From positions 1,920,001 through 1,984,000 of the forward strand of contig CP166615.1 of NCBI GenBank assembly GCA_041937175.2: a DNA stretch of 64,000 nt. The letters are read 5' to 3'. Positions 1-9,189 of the stretch are shown here, piece after piece. Under the pieces are notes generated by a model. The model worked only from the letters and a program-made list of their open reading frames with translations. It searched no databases and was not told the DNA's origin. Numbering within the stretch: position 1 is the first letter of the stretch; each line of letters starts with the position of its first letter. A program made the position numbers and the translations under genes. Source of the DNA: Limnothrix sp. BL-A-16. Lineage in GTDB: Bacteria; Cyanobacteriota; Cyanobacteriia; CACIAM-69d.

Positions 1-1
1 G

Positions 2-976
2 GTTGGGTGTGGGAATGGGCGGGGAAAGAGAATCGTGGGCCCAGTCTGGCTCGATCGCCACCGTCGCATGGGGTAACACCTGCCCCGCGCCTCGGGCCCC
101 GGCCAGAAACTCAGCGGGCCGCAGGGTGGCGACTTGGGAGGCGGTTTCCGTGGAGCCATAGGTGGGAGCCAGCCGCACCCCCACCGCTTGGGCTTGATCC
201 AACAGGGCTGGCCAGGCGGGCGCACCCCCCAACAGGATCACGCGAAATTGCTTCAGCCAAGGGGTTTCTGGCCCCAGCAGTCGCACAAGTTGGGTGGGAA
301 CCAGGGACAAAAACCCGATCGACCCCAAGCGCAATCCTTGGGAAATGGGGGCCAGGGCCAACCGGCCGCCGCCCCAAAAGCAACGCAAGACCTGCATTAA
401 CCCGCTGGCGTGGCACAGGGGCAAGGTGCAAAGGGTGCTGTGGGCTTGGGGGCCGGGCCAATCTTCCGCAAAATAAGCGCAAAAGCCGGCCACGGAAGCG
501 GCCAGCGATCGGGGTTGGTGCAGTGCAAAGCGGATTTGTCCCGATGTGCCGCCCGTCGGTAACCCAATCCAAGGGTCTGCGGCTGGCGGTAAGGGAGCGA
601 GATCGTCCGGGGGCGTTGCTAGGTCTGTTTCGCCTTGGGTTTCCCAGAGTCGATCGGGCTGCAACCAATTCAACACCTGGGATCGTTCAGCGGCGCTCCA
701 TTGGGCATTGCCTAAAAAGACGGAGCATCCTTGGGCAACGGCTGCGAAAAATCCCGCCAAAAAGGGCAATGGCTCCGATTCCAACAGCAAAATTCGCCGT
801 TGGCTTCCCTGGCAACCCGATCGGGCCAGGGAAGCCGCTCGTTCCTCCGTGGCCCGCAGCAGCGCCTCGGCCTCAAGGCCCCACAGCCACCCGGCCGCCG
901 TCCGATCGCGCAATGTGGCCAGCCAGCGATCGGGCGCGGCCCAGGCCAAATCGGGCGTTAGGATCGCCGGTTCCAT
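2..976 (-). CDS. menE: O-succinylbenzoate-CoA ligase, 5' part (runs off window start)
   Basis: Not in the ORF track. Manual translation from ATG at 976 gives MEPAILT...FLAGFFAA...LGNAQW...GLPTGGTSGQIRFALH...LPLCHASGLMQVLR, with an AMP-binding P-loop. Overlaps the menC stop. Confidence 0.85.
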   Translation of the reverse strand, partial: MEPAILTPDLAWAAPDRWLATLRDRTAAGWLWGLEAEALLRATEERAASLARSGCQGSQRRILLLESEPLPFLAGFFAAVAQGCSVFLGNAQWSAAERSQVLNWLQPDRLWETQGETDLATPPDDLAPLPPAADPWIGLPTGGTSGQIRFALHQPRSLAASVAGFCAYFAEDWPGPQAHSTLCTLPLCHASGLMQVLRCFWGGGRLALAPISQGLRLGSIGFLSLVPTQLVRLLGPETPWLKQFRVILLGGAPAWPALLDQAQAVGVRLAPTYGSTETASQVATLRPAEFLAGARGAGQVLPHATVAIEPDWAHDSLSPPIPTPN

Positions 977-1935
977 AGGCCTTCCAGCCAACGAGGAGGC
1001 AAGGGATCCAGCCAACTGCCCACCCCAAACCCCAGGGCCCGTGCTCCCCCGGGCCGCGCACCCGCTTCCGCCAATCGCAGCGCGGCCCCTTGACCCACAA
1101 AACTTTCAAACACCGAAGAAAACACGCAATCGAGGCCACGGGTTTGAATGGTGGCCTGAAGGCGGCTGGGAAATCCGGCAATGCTGGGTTTCAGGACAAA
1201 CAAACCACGCCAGCCCCCTTGAACGGCGGCTTGCAGGTGTTTGAACTGGGTCACCGATTCATCAAGGGCGATCGGGGTTCGGAAATGGGGGGCGATCGCC
1301 TGCATGGGAGCCACCTGGGCCAGGGGCTGCTCCAAAAATTCCACCCGATCGCCCGCTCCGTCACACCGTTCCAGCCAACCACGACAGGCGGCCTCCGTGA
1401 GCGCCCCGTTGGCATCCAGGCGCAACCGGCCCTCCGGCGGCAGGTTCCCCAACAATTGCGCAAACCAGCCCCATTCCAATTCGCTGGCAAAAACGCCAAT
1501 TTTCCACTTGAAGGTGCGATGGCCGGCTGTCCAGGGATTTTGCCAACTGCTCAACACCCGTTCACCGGCCGGCAACAGGGCCGCCAGCCGATCGGGCGGG
1601 AGGGTGAAGGGGGCCGGTTCCCGATCGTTGGCCAGGCTTTTGAAGGCCGATTCCAAAGCAAATTGACAACAGGGCAAAGTATCTGGAATTTGCCACAGTT
1701 GAGCCGGTGAAATTTCCCCATCCAGCGATCGCAAAAAAGCGATCGCCTGCTCCAGGGTTTCAGTGCCAAACCAAGGCAAGGGTGCGATTTCTCCCCAACC
1801 GAATCGATCGGCTTCATCTCGCAGCCGCACCACAATTCCTTCGCGCTTGGCCCAACTGCCATAGCTGGTTTGTAACGGACGCACAAAGTTGCGTTCGTAG
1901 TATCGAAATTGCACATTCAAGCGATTCGATCGCAC
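958..1935 (-). CDS. menC: o-succinylbenzoate synthase
   Basis: Enolase-superfamily motifs FKWKIG, RLDANG, LEQP, ALDES; men gene context. Confidence 0.92.
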   Translation of the reverse strand: MRSNRLNVQFRYYERNFVRPLQTSYGSWAKREGIVVRLRDEADRFGWGEIAPLPWFGTETLEQAIAFLRSLDGEISPAQLWQIPDTLPCCQFALESAFKSLANDREPAPFTLPPDRLAALLPAGERVLSSWQNPWTAGHRTFKWKIGVFASELEWGWFAQLLGNLPPEGRLRLDANGALTEAACRGWLERCDGAGDRVEFLEQPLAQVAPMQAIAPHFRTPIALDESVTQFKHLQAAVQGGWRGLFVLKPSIAGFPSRLQATIQTRGLDCVFSSVFESFVGQGAALRLAEAGARPGGARALGFGVGSWLDPLPPRWLEGLWNRRS

Positions 1936-1971
1936 CAGTTTCCTCCTGATTTTAGGCCGGGGGGTTGGCCA

Positions 1972-2898
1972 CTACTGTAACCAAGCGCCCAACAGAAAAC
2001 CGCCACTGAGGGCTAAACCGCTCCAAAAATGAAATTTGACGGCGATGAATTTGCTGTTGCTGACCCGATCGGGCTGGTCGTGGTGTTGGCCCACATGCCG
2101 ACACAAATGCAGAGCGATCGGCAGGCTCAAACCCGTGAGCAACGTCCAAAGGGGGAAAGACCCCCACAGAACTCCCGCAATCACCACCCCAAAGGCTGTG
2201 CCACAAAGCCAGGGCAGCAGGGCAGCCGATCGAGCCGTGCCCAGCCGGGCCACGGGCGATCGTTTGCCTGCCCGCAAATCATCCGCCACCTGATGGAAAT
2301 GGGAACAGAACAAAATCAGGCTGGTGGTGATGCCCATAAAGACAGACGCACCCCAATTCAGCAGCGACCAACTTTGGGTTTGGCTATAGTAAGCAGCGGC
2401 CAGGGCCATGGGCCCAAAGGTGACAAAACAGATGGGTTCTCCCAACCCTAAATAGCCAAAGCGAAAGGGCGGCCCTTGATAGCTATAGCCCAAAACACAA
2501 CTGGCTAAAATAATGGCCAAAACCGTCCAATCCTGTTGGAGCCAAGCGATCGCCCCAATGGCTGTAATTCCGGCCACTAGAAACAAATTAGCGATCACGA
2601 AAACGAGCGATCGATTGCCGGTTAAGTTCACCACGGAATGGGCTTTATTCACATCAATGCCCGTATCGGAGTCAAACACATCATTGGTGAGATTCAACCA
2701 GGCAATAATGGCAATGGCCGCCCCTAAAAATAGGGCCAAAATTCCCCCATTCAGCCGTTGGGTTTCAAAGGCAGCCGTGGCGGATCCCAACAGAATCGGC
2801 ATCACTGCCACGGTATACATGGGTAATTTAATTGCGGCCTTCCATAGTTGGCGGCGGGAGGGCGCTTCGGGCGGGGCGGAAAGACTGGGAGCAGTCAT
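1972..2898 (-). CDS. menA: DHNA phytyltransferase (UbiA family)
   Basis: AIKLPMY, NLTNDVFDSDTGIDVNK, SHFHQVADD motifs; hydrophobic. ATG 2898 chosen; the ORF is open to 2943. Confidence 0.92.
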   Translation of the reverse strand: MTAPSLSAPPEAPSRRQLWKAAIKLPMYTVAVMPILLGSATAAFETQRLNGGILALFLGAAIAIIAWLNLTNDVFDSDTGIDVNKAHSVVNLTGNRSLVFVIANLFLVAGITAIGAIAWLQQDWTVLAIILASCVLGYSYQGPPFRFGYLGLGEPICFVTFGPMALAAAYYSQTQSWSLLNWGASVFMGITTSLILFCSHFHQVADDLRAGKRSPVARLGTARSAALLPWLCGTAFGVVIAGVLWGSFPLWTLLTGLSLPIALHLCRHVGQHHDQPDRVSNSKFIAVKFHFWSGLALSGGFLLGAWLQ

Positions 2899-3188
2899 AG
2901 GGTGATCACGACAGTCAACGGTGGTAGATGGGAGCTTGGGCAACCGACAGGCCCAGGGCGACCTTGCCCATACCCAGTTGGGGTTCAGACAGGATTCAGG
3001 CGAGGTTCAAGCAGGGCGATCGGGCGGGGTGATCGGGTCACTGCTGAATCATGCCAAATTTACCAGATGCGCCTTAGGGGGCGGGTATTATTGAGGAAAC
3101 TCGATTAAGATAACCAGTAGTCGAAGCATTGCGGCAGTTCGGACGATAATTAATTTTTTTTACAGCCTTTAATCAAATCTGAATTCTA

Positions 3189-4658
3189 ATGTTAAGCGCA
3201 CTGGGTCAGCAAACAGATTTGCTCTCACCAACGCGCCTCTATTGCATACTTGAGGCAGCTCGGGACGAGTTCTTGCGATCGTTTCGATCGCAAATTGTGC
3301 GTTTAACTTTTGAAATTCCGGCGCTCGATCCCCTGGAAGTTTTTGCTGAGTTTTCCCAGGCGGATTGCCTCAGTTTTTATTTTGAAAAACCCGATCGCCG
3401 ATCGGCAATTGCCGCCTTTGATCGCACGGTATCCTTGGCGGTGGCCGGGAGCGATCGATTCACCAAAACCAAGGCCTTTGCTCGAAAGATTCATGGCCTG
3501 TTGCGGGCGAGCGATCGGGCCTATGGCAGGGCCGAGGGCGATCGCTCGGCCTTGACCCGATCGATTCCGTCGCTGCTTTGTGCGTTTCCCTTCCTCGATG
3601 AACCGCGCGATCTCGGCAGTCCCTTTGGGGAGGCGTTGATTTTTTTACCCCGCTGGCAAGTGGTCCGCCGCACCACTCCCCAAGGCCCCATCACCACATT
3701 CACGGCCAATGCTTGGGTGGATGGTTGCACCGATTTGGATCAGCTCTGTGGGGAACTGTGGCAACCGCTCGATCGACTGTTGCAGTGGCGTAGCAGCAGC
3801 ACCAGCTTGAGCGCCAGGACAGCCCGTTACCAGTCCAGTGGGTGGGAATTGGCCGCGCCGGATGATCCGGACTTTTTGGCGGCGGCCCGATCGGCCCTGA
3901 AAGATATTGCCGATCGGCAATTTTGCAAGGTGGTACTGGCGCGGGCGATCGACTGGCAAGCCCCGGAACCCTTGGATCCGGCCCTGTTGCTCCATAACCT
4001 GCGCCACCGCCACTCCGGTTGTTACACCTTCGCGGTGGGGAACGATCGGGGGCAAACCTTCTTGGGAGCCAGCCCTGAATGTTTGGTGGCCATTGATCAC
4101 GGCCGGATTGCCACGGAAGCCCTGGCCGGGTCGGCCCCGCGCGGCACCACGCCGGAACTCGATCGTGCCTGGGGCGATCGGCTGCTCAACAACCCCAAGG
4201 AACTGCACGAACACCGATTAGTGGCGGATTTCATCGCCGATCGGCTCGCCCAGTTGGGGGCCCATCCCAAGGTGGCCGTCAAGCCTGGCCTGCGCAAATT
4301 GAGCAATATTCAACACCTGCAAACGCCGATCTGTGGCCGGTTACCGCGCAATGTGGATCCATTGGATGTGGTGGCGGCCTTGCACCCCACCCCGGCCGTG
4401 GCGGGCTTGTCTCGATCGGCCGCCATTGCCGCCATCGATCGCTACGAACCCTTTGAGCGATCGCTCTATACCGGGGCGATCGGCTGGCTCGATCCGATGG
4501 GAAACGCGGAATTTGCGGTGGGGATTCGATCGGCCCTGATCCAGGGCGATCGGGCCCGGCTGTTTGCGGGCGCGGGCATCGTGGCCGGATCCGACCCCGA
4601 ACGCGAGCTGGCCGAAATTCAACTCAAGCTCCAAGCCCTCTGGGCCGCCTTAATTTAA
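3189..4658 (+). CDS. menF: isochorismate synthase
   Basis: KVVLAR, GASPE, EALAGS, LHPTPAVAG, AGAGIV motifs; divergent from menA. Confidence 0.9.
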   Translation: MLSALGQQTDLLSPTRLYCILEAARDEFLRSFRSQIVRLTFEIPALDPLEVFAEFSQADCLSFYFEKPDRRSAIAAFDRTVSLAVAGSDRFTKTKAFARKIHGLLRASDRAYGRAEGDRSALTRSIPSLLCAFPFLDEPRDLGSPFGEALIFLPRWQVVRRTTPQGPITTFTANAWVDGCTDLDQLCGELWQPLDRLLQWRSSSTSLSARTARYQSSGWELAAPDDPDFLAAARSALKDIADRQFCKVVLARAIDWQAPEPLDPALLLHNLRHRHSGCYTFAVGNDRGQTFLGASPECLVAIDHGRIATEALAGSAPRGTTPELDRAWGDRLLNNPKELHEHRLVADFIADRLAQLGAHPKVAVKPGLRKLSNIQHLQTPICGRLPRNVDPLDVVAALHPTPAVAGLSRSAAIAAIDRYEPFERSLYTGAIGWLDPMGNAEFAVGIRSALIQGDRARLFAGAGIVAGSDPERELAEIQLKLQALWAALI

Positions 4659-5267
4659 CCACTGGCCACGCTAAGAGGTTTTAATTGTGCGGATCTAGTC
4701 ACCCGGTGCTACCGGACATCCGGGCGATCAACCCCCATGGATCCCACTTCAACCTAGCCTTTAACCCAATCGAGCAAGACCAACGCAAAAGAAAAAAATT
4801 ACCGCAAGAAACGGATCTGAATCCCTGCCCGGCTGGGGCGGCTTTTGGCTTGCTTGGCCAAGGAAGTTGGTGGGGGGCAAGGACGAAGCGCCAAACCCAG
4901 TTTTTGATCAGTACCAAAAATCTTTGCTACGCTGCAGTGGCTCAACAACCGGAGTCATCACCGGATCAGCCGGGATCGCCCTCCAGTCTTCACTGATCCC
5001 CATTTCCTTGACGAATCACCATAACTTTCCTTCGGACAGTGCTTGGAAAAATGGGCTAAGCAGAGTATAACGAAGTGTAAAGATCTCGATCGAGAGACCA
5101 ACCGTTTCGATGTGACTGCCCCCATCGAGCGTGATTCTGTATCCTATTGCGCTTTCCTCAAAGCCACATTCCTCCACACTGACCGGAGTGTCGTCTGTTG
5201 CAGTCCGCGTCTTTCCCGTATATCCATAGCAATTGACTTTGAATAGCGCCCGCAAGCCACAGCGCCT

Positions 5268-5552
5268 ATGAAAGACTTCTCTGCCCGTTTAATGAATGCC
5301 CTGGGCCTGGCCTATTGGGTCGAAATCACGACCCAGGTTCCTCGGTGCACCTACTACTTTGGTCCCTTTAGCTTGGAGTCCACAGCTAAAGCATCGGTGG
5401 CCGGTTATGTGGAAGATTTGGAAATCGAAGGAGCACAGGGCATTGCGGTGAAGGTAGCCCGCTGCAAACCCACGGATTTGACCATTTTCGATGAAGCAGA
5501 GGAGGCGGCCCCGAGCGATCGCCCTTTCTCGATGGTCAGTAGCCAGGCTTAG
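5268..5552 (+). CDS. DUF1816 family protein
   Basis: WVEITT.P.CTYYFGPF...GYVEDLE.EGA...CKP..LT signature. Confidence 0.85.
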   Translation: MKDFSARLMNALGLAYWVEITTQVPRCTYYFGPFSLESTAKASVAGYVEDLEIEGAQGIAVKVARCKPTDLTIFDEAEEAAPSDRPFSMVSSQA

Positions 5553-5682
5553 GGCCCCTGCGATTCTCGGAAAACCCCTCGTGCGATCGCCCGGCAGCCC
5601 TCGGTGATGGGGATGATCCCAACGGGCGATCAGGAGGTGAAGAATCGAGCGACCTGGCTACTCAATTTGATTCTGAATTGAG

Positions 5683-5720
5683 GGATGACGGTCGGTGCCA
5701 TCTAAACCGTCATCCTATTT
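5683..5720. terminator. hairpin between convergent genes, possible terminator
   Basis: GGATGACGGT (5683-5692) pairs with ACCGTCATCC (5706-5715), followed by TATTT. Confidence 0.45.
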
Positions 5721-5794
5721 GGTGTTCATGAGCCGTTTGTATACCCTTGTCCGCAATCGGTTGAGTTTACCTAAAGATTGCTAAGAACTAGGCT

Positions 5795-8700
5795 TCAAAG
5801 TAACGGAAGTTGACCGGGACTCACAGCAGACTTGCTCTTAACCACCGTTTTAGTCAAAGCGTTTGTCTCCAGCAGTTGCTGCCGAGATAACGTGGCTCCT
5901 TGGCAAATTCGATCAAGTAATTCCGTCTGTTGGGGTTCCAGCTCAACTAGCCAGCCCAGCACATTCAACAGGTTCAGTAACTCCGTGGTGTACTCGGGCA
6001 ACCAGCGATCGGGTTGGATCTGGCTTAAGGGAGAGGGAGGACGGCGATCGCCCAAGAGGGGGCGGCTGCGATCTCGCTTACGATAGCTGAACCAATGCAG
6101 AATCACCGGTTTACCAGAAACCTCATAATCCCAAACCGCAGCGGGCACGTTGTCGATATAGCCATCGCCCACATGGAGCCGATCGTGGCTGGAATCGTGG
6201 CTAATGGTGTCTGGCATTCGGTCAGGATCAGCCGGAATCGCACCATCCTTGGGGATTGTCGGGCGGCGATCAGTTCGCAGGCGCGGCGGCCCCGGTGGCC
6301 GGCCCTGGCTCGGGTCAGCACAGCGATCGCCAAACGTATGCAGCCACAACACCTGCTGCCCGATTTCCACCGCTTCAGTAAATAACGCGGGATCGGCAGT
6401 CAACGGAATCCGAATTCCTGGTGTTTTTAGCTCCGTCCGAAAGCATTTTGTAAAACCTGAATGAGCGGCAACTGCTGCCAAATACGCCAACAGCAATTCG
6501 GGTCTAATAGCTTGACCAAACGTTTTACTAAAATAGTCCAGTAACTCAGGCTTGATGTTAGAAACCCTTGCCTCAGCATCAGCCCAAAGCGGAAAAACTC
6601 GCCCTCCGAATGAACCTTTGTAATGGTCGAGATCAGGGATGAGTGCAGTGAACGTAAAGCTAGGCCCGGTAGCTGGTGAAGTTCGTGAAAGAGCTGTCAA
6701 ATAAATTTGATGGTCTGAGTGCCACTGCCAAATAGTCGGATTTGGTTGGTTGATCAACCGACTATCAGGAATGATCCATTGGCGATCGAATGATCGATAT
6801 GCATACTCCATTGGTTGCACAATCGGCTGAGTTTCATTCGCCACTGATACTAAGCGTTGGGGTTGACCGGCCAAGGGCTGATTGATAACCTTTGCTGAGT
6901 GTTTATCTCCTGGCTTACCTTTCCTCAGATGGGGATGAAAGAGGCGATCTTTTTGACTAATGGGAGCCTTGATTAACGTTTGCCAGCGTTGACTTAATGA
7001 TTCAACATCAGGTGCAATCACCCAGGTACGACCTGGCATCACGCCCGAGCCGTTGTAGTTAAAAAAGTCCTGTAAGCAAGGATAGGTTGACCAAGCGCCA
7101 TTTGAGCCAGGGGCAAAGGGCGATCGGCTGCCCGATTGTGAACAGTCTGTATCCAAAGGACAGTCGAACCAGCCAAGCCCATCAAGGGTAATTTGGCTCA
7201 ACTCAGCAAACTTTTGATCCCGCAATCCGATCGGTAGTGTCCGAAATTTTATAGTTGCCAACTCATTTTCTTTTTTCCGCTTTGAACGACTTGCGAGAAC
7301 AATACAAACAGGCTGCTGAACCCCTTGAAACAGTCGTGTATTAACGTCCGGTTGATGACCTTCGGGGGAACAGTCAATTACCCAAATGCGATCGCAGACT
7401 TCCCGCAAATACTGCCGCATTCGCTGAAAGCCAGGCCCGTTTAAAAAACCAGAAACGGTGATGAAGCAAATCATTCCCGTACTGTTATTCGGGTGATGGT
7501 CAAAAACTTTCCAAGTGGCCCAGCGCCAAAAATAAACATACAAATTGCGCAAGTGCTTCGCATGGGCACTCACACCCCAATCCTTCGACGGTTGCCAATC
7601 ATTTAACGGTGCAAGGGTTCCCGTCTGAGAATTACCAGACTCCACCCAACCGCCACGCCCTTTTGCTTTTTCCTTATAGGGTGGGTTACCAATAACGACG
7701 GTAATCGGTTCTGTACGTTTGATTTGGTTGGCAGCTTTGCGGGATTGGGCGATCGGGGCCAGCAGTTGCGGAATCCACCCGGCATCATCCTCCGGATCAG
7801 CCAAAGTATCAGCCACAAACATTCGCAGGGATTCGGTCGGACTATCCCCAGTTAACGTAATAATTTCCGCTAAAATTCGCAATTGGGCCACGGCAAACGG
7901 TCCCAATTGCACTTCAAAAGCAATCAATCGCTTCAGGGCTGCATTAATTGCCTGGGGAACTGCCCCTTCTCCTTCGTTCTCGCGCACTGATTCAGCAATT
8001 TGCTTGAGAATTCCCAGCACATAGGTTCCTGTGCCCGTTGCTGGATCGATGACCGTTACGGATGGTGAAGCTAAACCTGAATGCAGGCCGAAGTTGGGAC
8101 TTTTCAAAAGATCATCAACCAACCGCACCATCGTTTCAACAACAACCGGTGGTGTGTAGTATGACCCGGTTTGTTTGCGTAACTCGTTATCATAAACTTC
8201 TAGGAAATCTTCATAGAAGTAAAGCCAGGTTTCAGGATTACCCTTGTTAATCGTTACCCAATCCACAGCATCAAGAACTTGGGTGAGCGATCGCAACGAT
8301 GTTTTCAGCGTCGCCTGATTTTCAGAGGTTTCCGTTAATAATCGCAGAGCTGCACCAATCAGCGAATAGTTTGCTTTGAGGGTAATTGCCACTCGATCGA
8401 GTCCCTGAGCTAACTCAATTCCATTAGCCCGAGCCATGAGTAACCCAAACGTTACGGCCTGTGCATAGCCATCTGCAAATTTCTCATCCGTTGCATCGGG
8501 AAATAGTAGTTTTCGCCAGTCTTCTGCAAGGGCTGTCAGCGCCTCGGAACCCAAGGCTAATTGCTCAACCACCTCATCTCGCAAGAGCCGACAAAGACGC
8601 GCGCTAATAACTGCTAATTCCTTCGCATTGCGCGGTGGAACTGCTTGCCAAAATAAGAATTGGCGAAATAGATCAAGAAGACTTGCTGGTGCAGTTAATT

Positions 8701-9145
8701 GTTGTCCTGCCGTTGCAATGTCCCCAGAGCAGGAAACGATCGCGCCAATCAACTCCCCATCTTGCCAGAGGCTAAAGCTATTGCCATCGGAATAAATCAG
8801 ATTGGGAAGTGCCTTTAGTTTTTCCCATTGAGCCTTATCGTGGCGATCCTTAAACTTTCTGGGATCTGCACCCTTTCCGGGGGCTTTGAGTTCAATAAAT
8901 CCCACCCAAACGCGCAGCACAGTAACGGAATAATCGGGGCGTGTTTTCAAGTCCCCAATTGCTGATTCTCCGACCGGAATCACATCACCTTTCCTGAGTC
9001 CAATCAACTCAGCCAGATCTGTTAATAACTGCTCAAAGGGGCCTCTGAGTTGATCTTCAGGTTGTCCACTGGTTGCTGGGTTAGAAAGCTTTCCTGTAAC
9101 TGCTTTTCCAAAAGCGGCAATGGAGGATTCAAGGCTTAGAGGCAT
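5795..9145 (-). CDS. fused restriction-modification enzyme: PD-(D/E)xK nuclease, N6-adenine MTase and type ISP-like C-terminal specificity domain
   Basis: RPDY...FIELK nuclease motif; GSYYTP, DPATGTG (motif I), GNPPY (motif IV); YAYRSFDRQW in the C-terminal domain; 1116 aa; no helicase motifs seen. Confidence 0.85.
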   Translation of the reverse strand: MPLSLESSIAAFGKAVTGKLSNPATSGQPEDQLRGPFEQLLTDLAELIGLRKGDVIPVGESAIGDLKTRPDYSVTVLRVWVGFIELKAPGKGADPRKFKDRHDKAQWEKLKALPNLIYSDGNSFSLWQDGELIGAIVSCSGDIATAGQQLTAPASLLDLFRQFLFWQAVPPRNAKELAVISARLCRLLRDEVVEQLALGSEALTALAEDWRKLLFPDATDEKFADGYAQAVTFGLLMARANGIELAQGLDRVAITLKANYSLIGAALRLLTETSENQATLKTSLRSLTQVLDAVDWVTINKGNPETWLYFYEDFLEVYDNELRKQTGSYYTPPVVVETMVRLVDDLLKSPNFGLHSGLASPSVTVIDPATGTGTYVLGILKQIAESVRENEGEGAVPQAINAALKRLIAFEVQLGPFAVAQLRILAEIITLTGDSPTESLRMFVADTLADPEDDAGWIPQLLAPIAQSRKAANQIKRTEPITVVIGNPPYKEKAKGRGGWVESGNSQTGTLAPLNDWQPSKDWGVSAHAKHLRNLYVYFWRWATWKVFDHHPNNSTGMICFITVSGFLNGPGFQRMRQYLREVCDRIWVIDCSPEGHQPDVNTRLFQGVQQPVCIVLASRSKRKKENELATIKFRTLPIGLRDQKFAELSQITLDGLGWFDCPLDTDCSQSGSRSPFAPGSNGAWSTYPCLQDFFNYNGSGVMPGRTWVIAPDVESLSQRWQTLIKAPISQKDRLFHPHLRKGKPGDKHSAKVINQPLAGQPQRLVSVANETQPIVQPMEYAYRSFDRQWIIPDSRLINQPNPTIWQWHSDHQIYLTALSRTSPATGPSFTFTALIPDLDHYKGSFGGRVFPLWADAEARVSNIKPELLDYFSKTFGQAIRPELLLAYLAAVAAHSGFTKCFRTELKTPGIRIPLTADPALFTEAVEIGQQVLWLHTFGDRCADPSQGRPPGPPRLRTDRRPTIPKDGAIPADPDRMPDTISHDSSHDRLHVGDGYIDNVPAAVWDYEVSGKPVILHWFSYRKRDRSRPLLGDRRPPSPLSQIQPDRWLPEYTTELLNLLNVLGWLVELEPQQTELLDRICQGATLSRQQLLETNALTKTVVKSKSAVSPGQLPLL

Positions 9146-9189
9146 TGTTGAAGGGTACGGGGCGCTAAATCATGTGCATTCTATTCAAT

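Noticed and set aside
7..978. 323-aa plus-strand ORF
   Set aside because: Antisense shadow of menE, which has clear motifs on the minus strand
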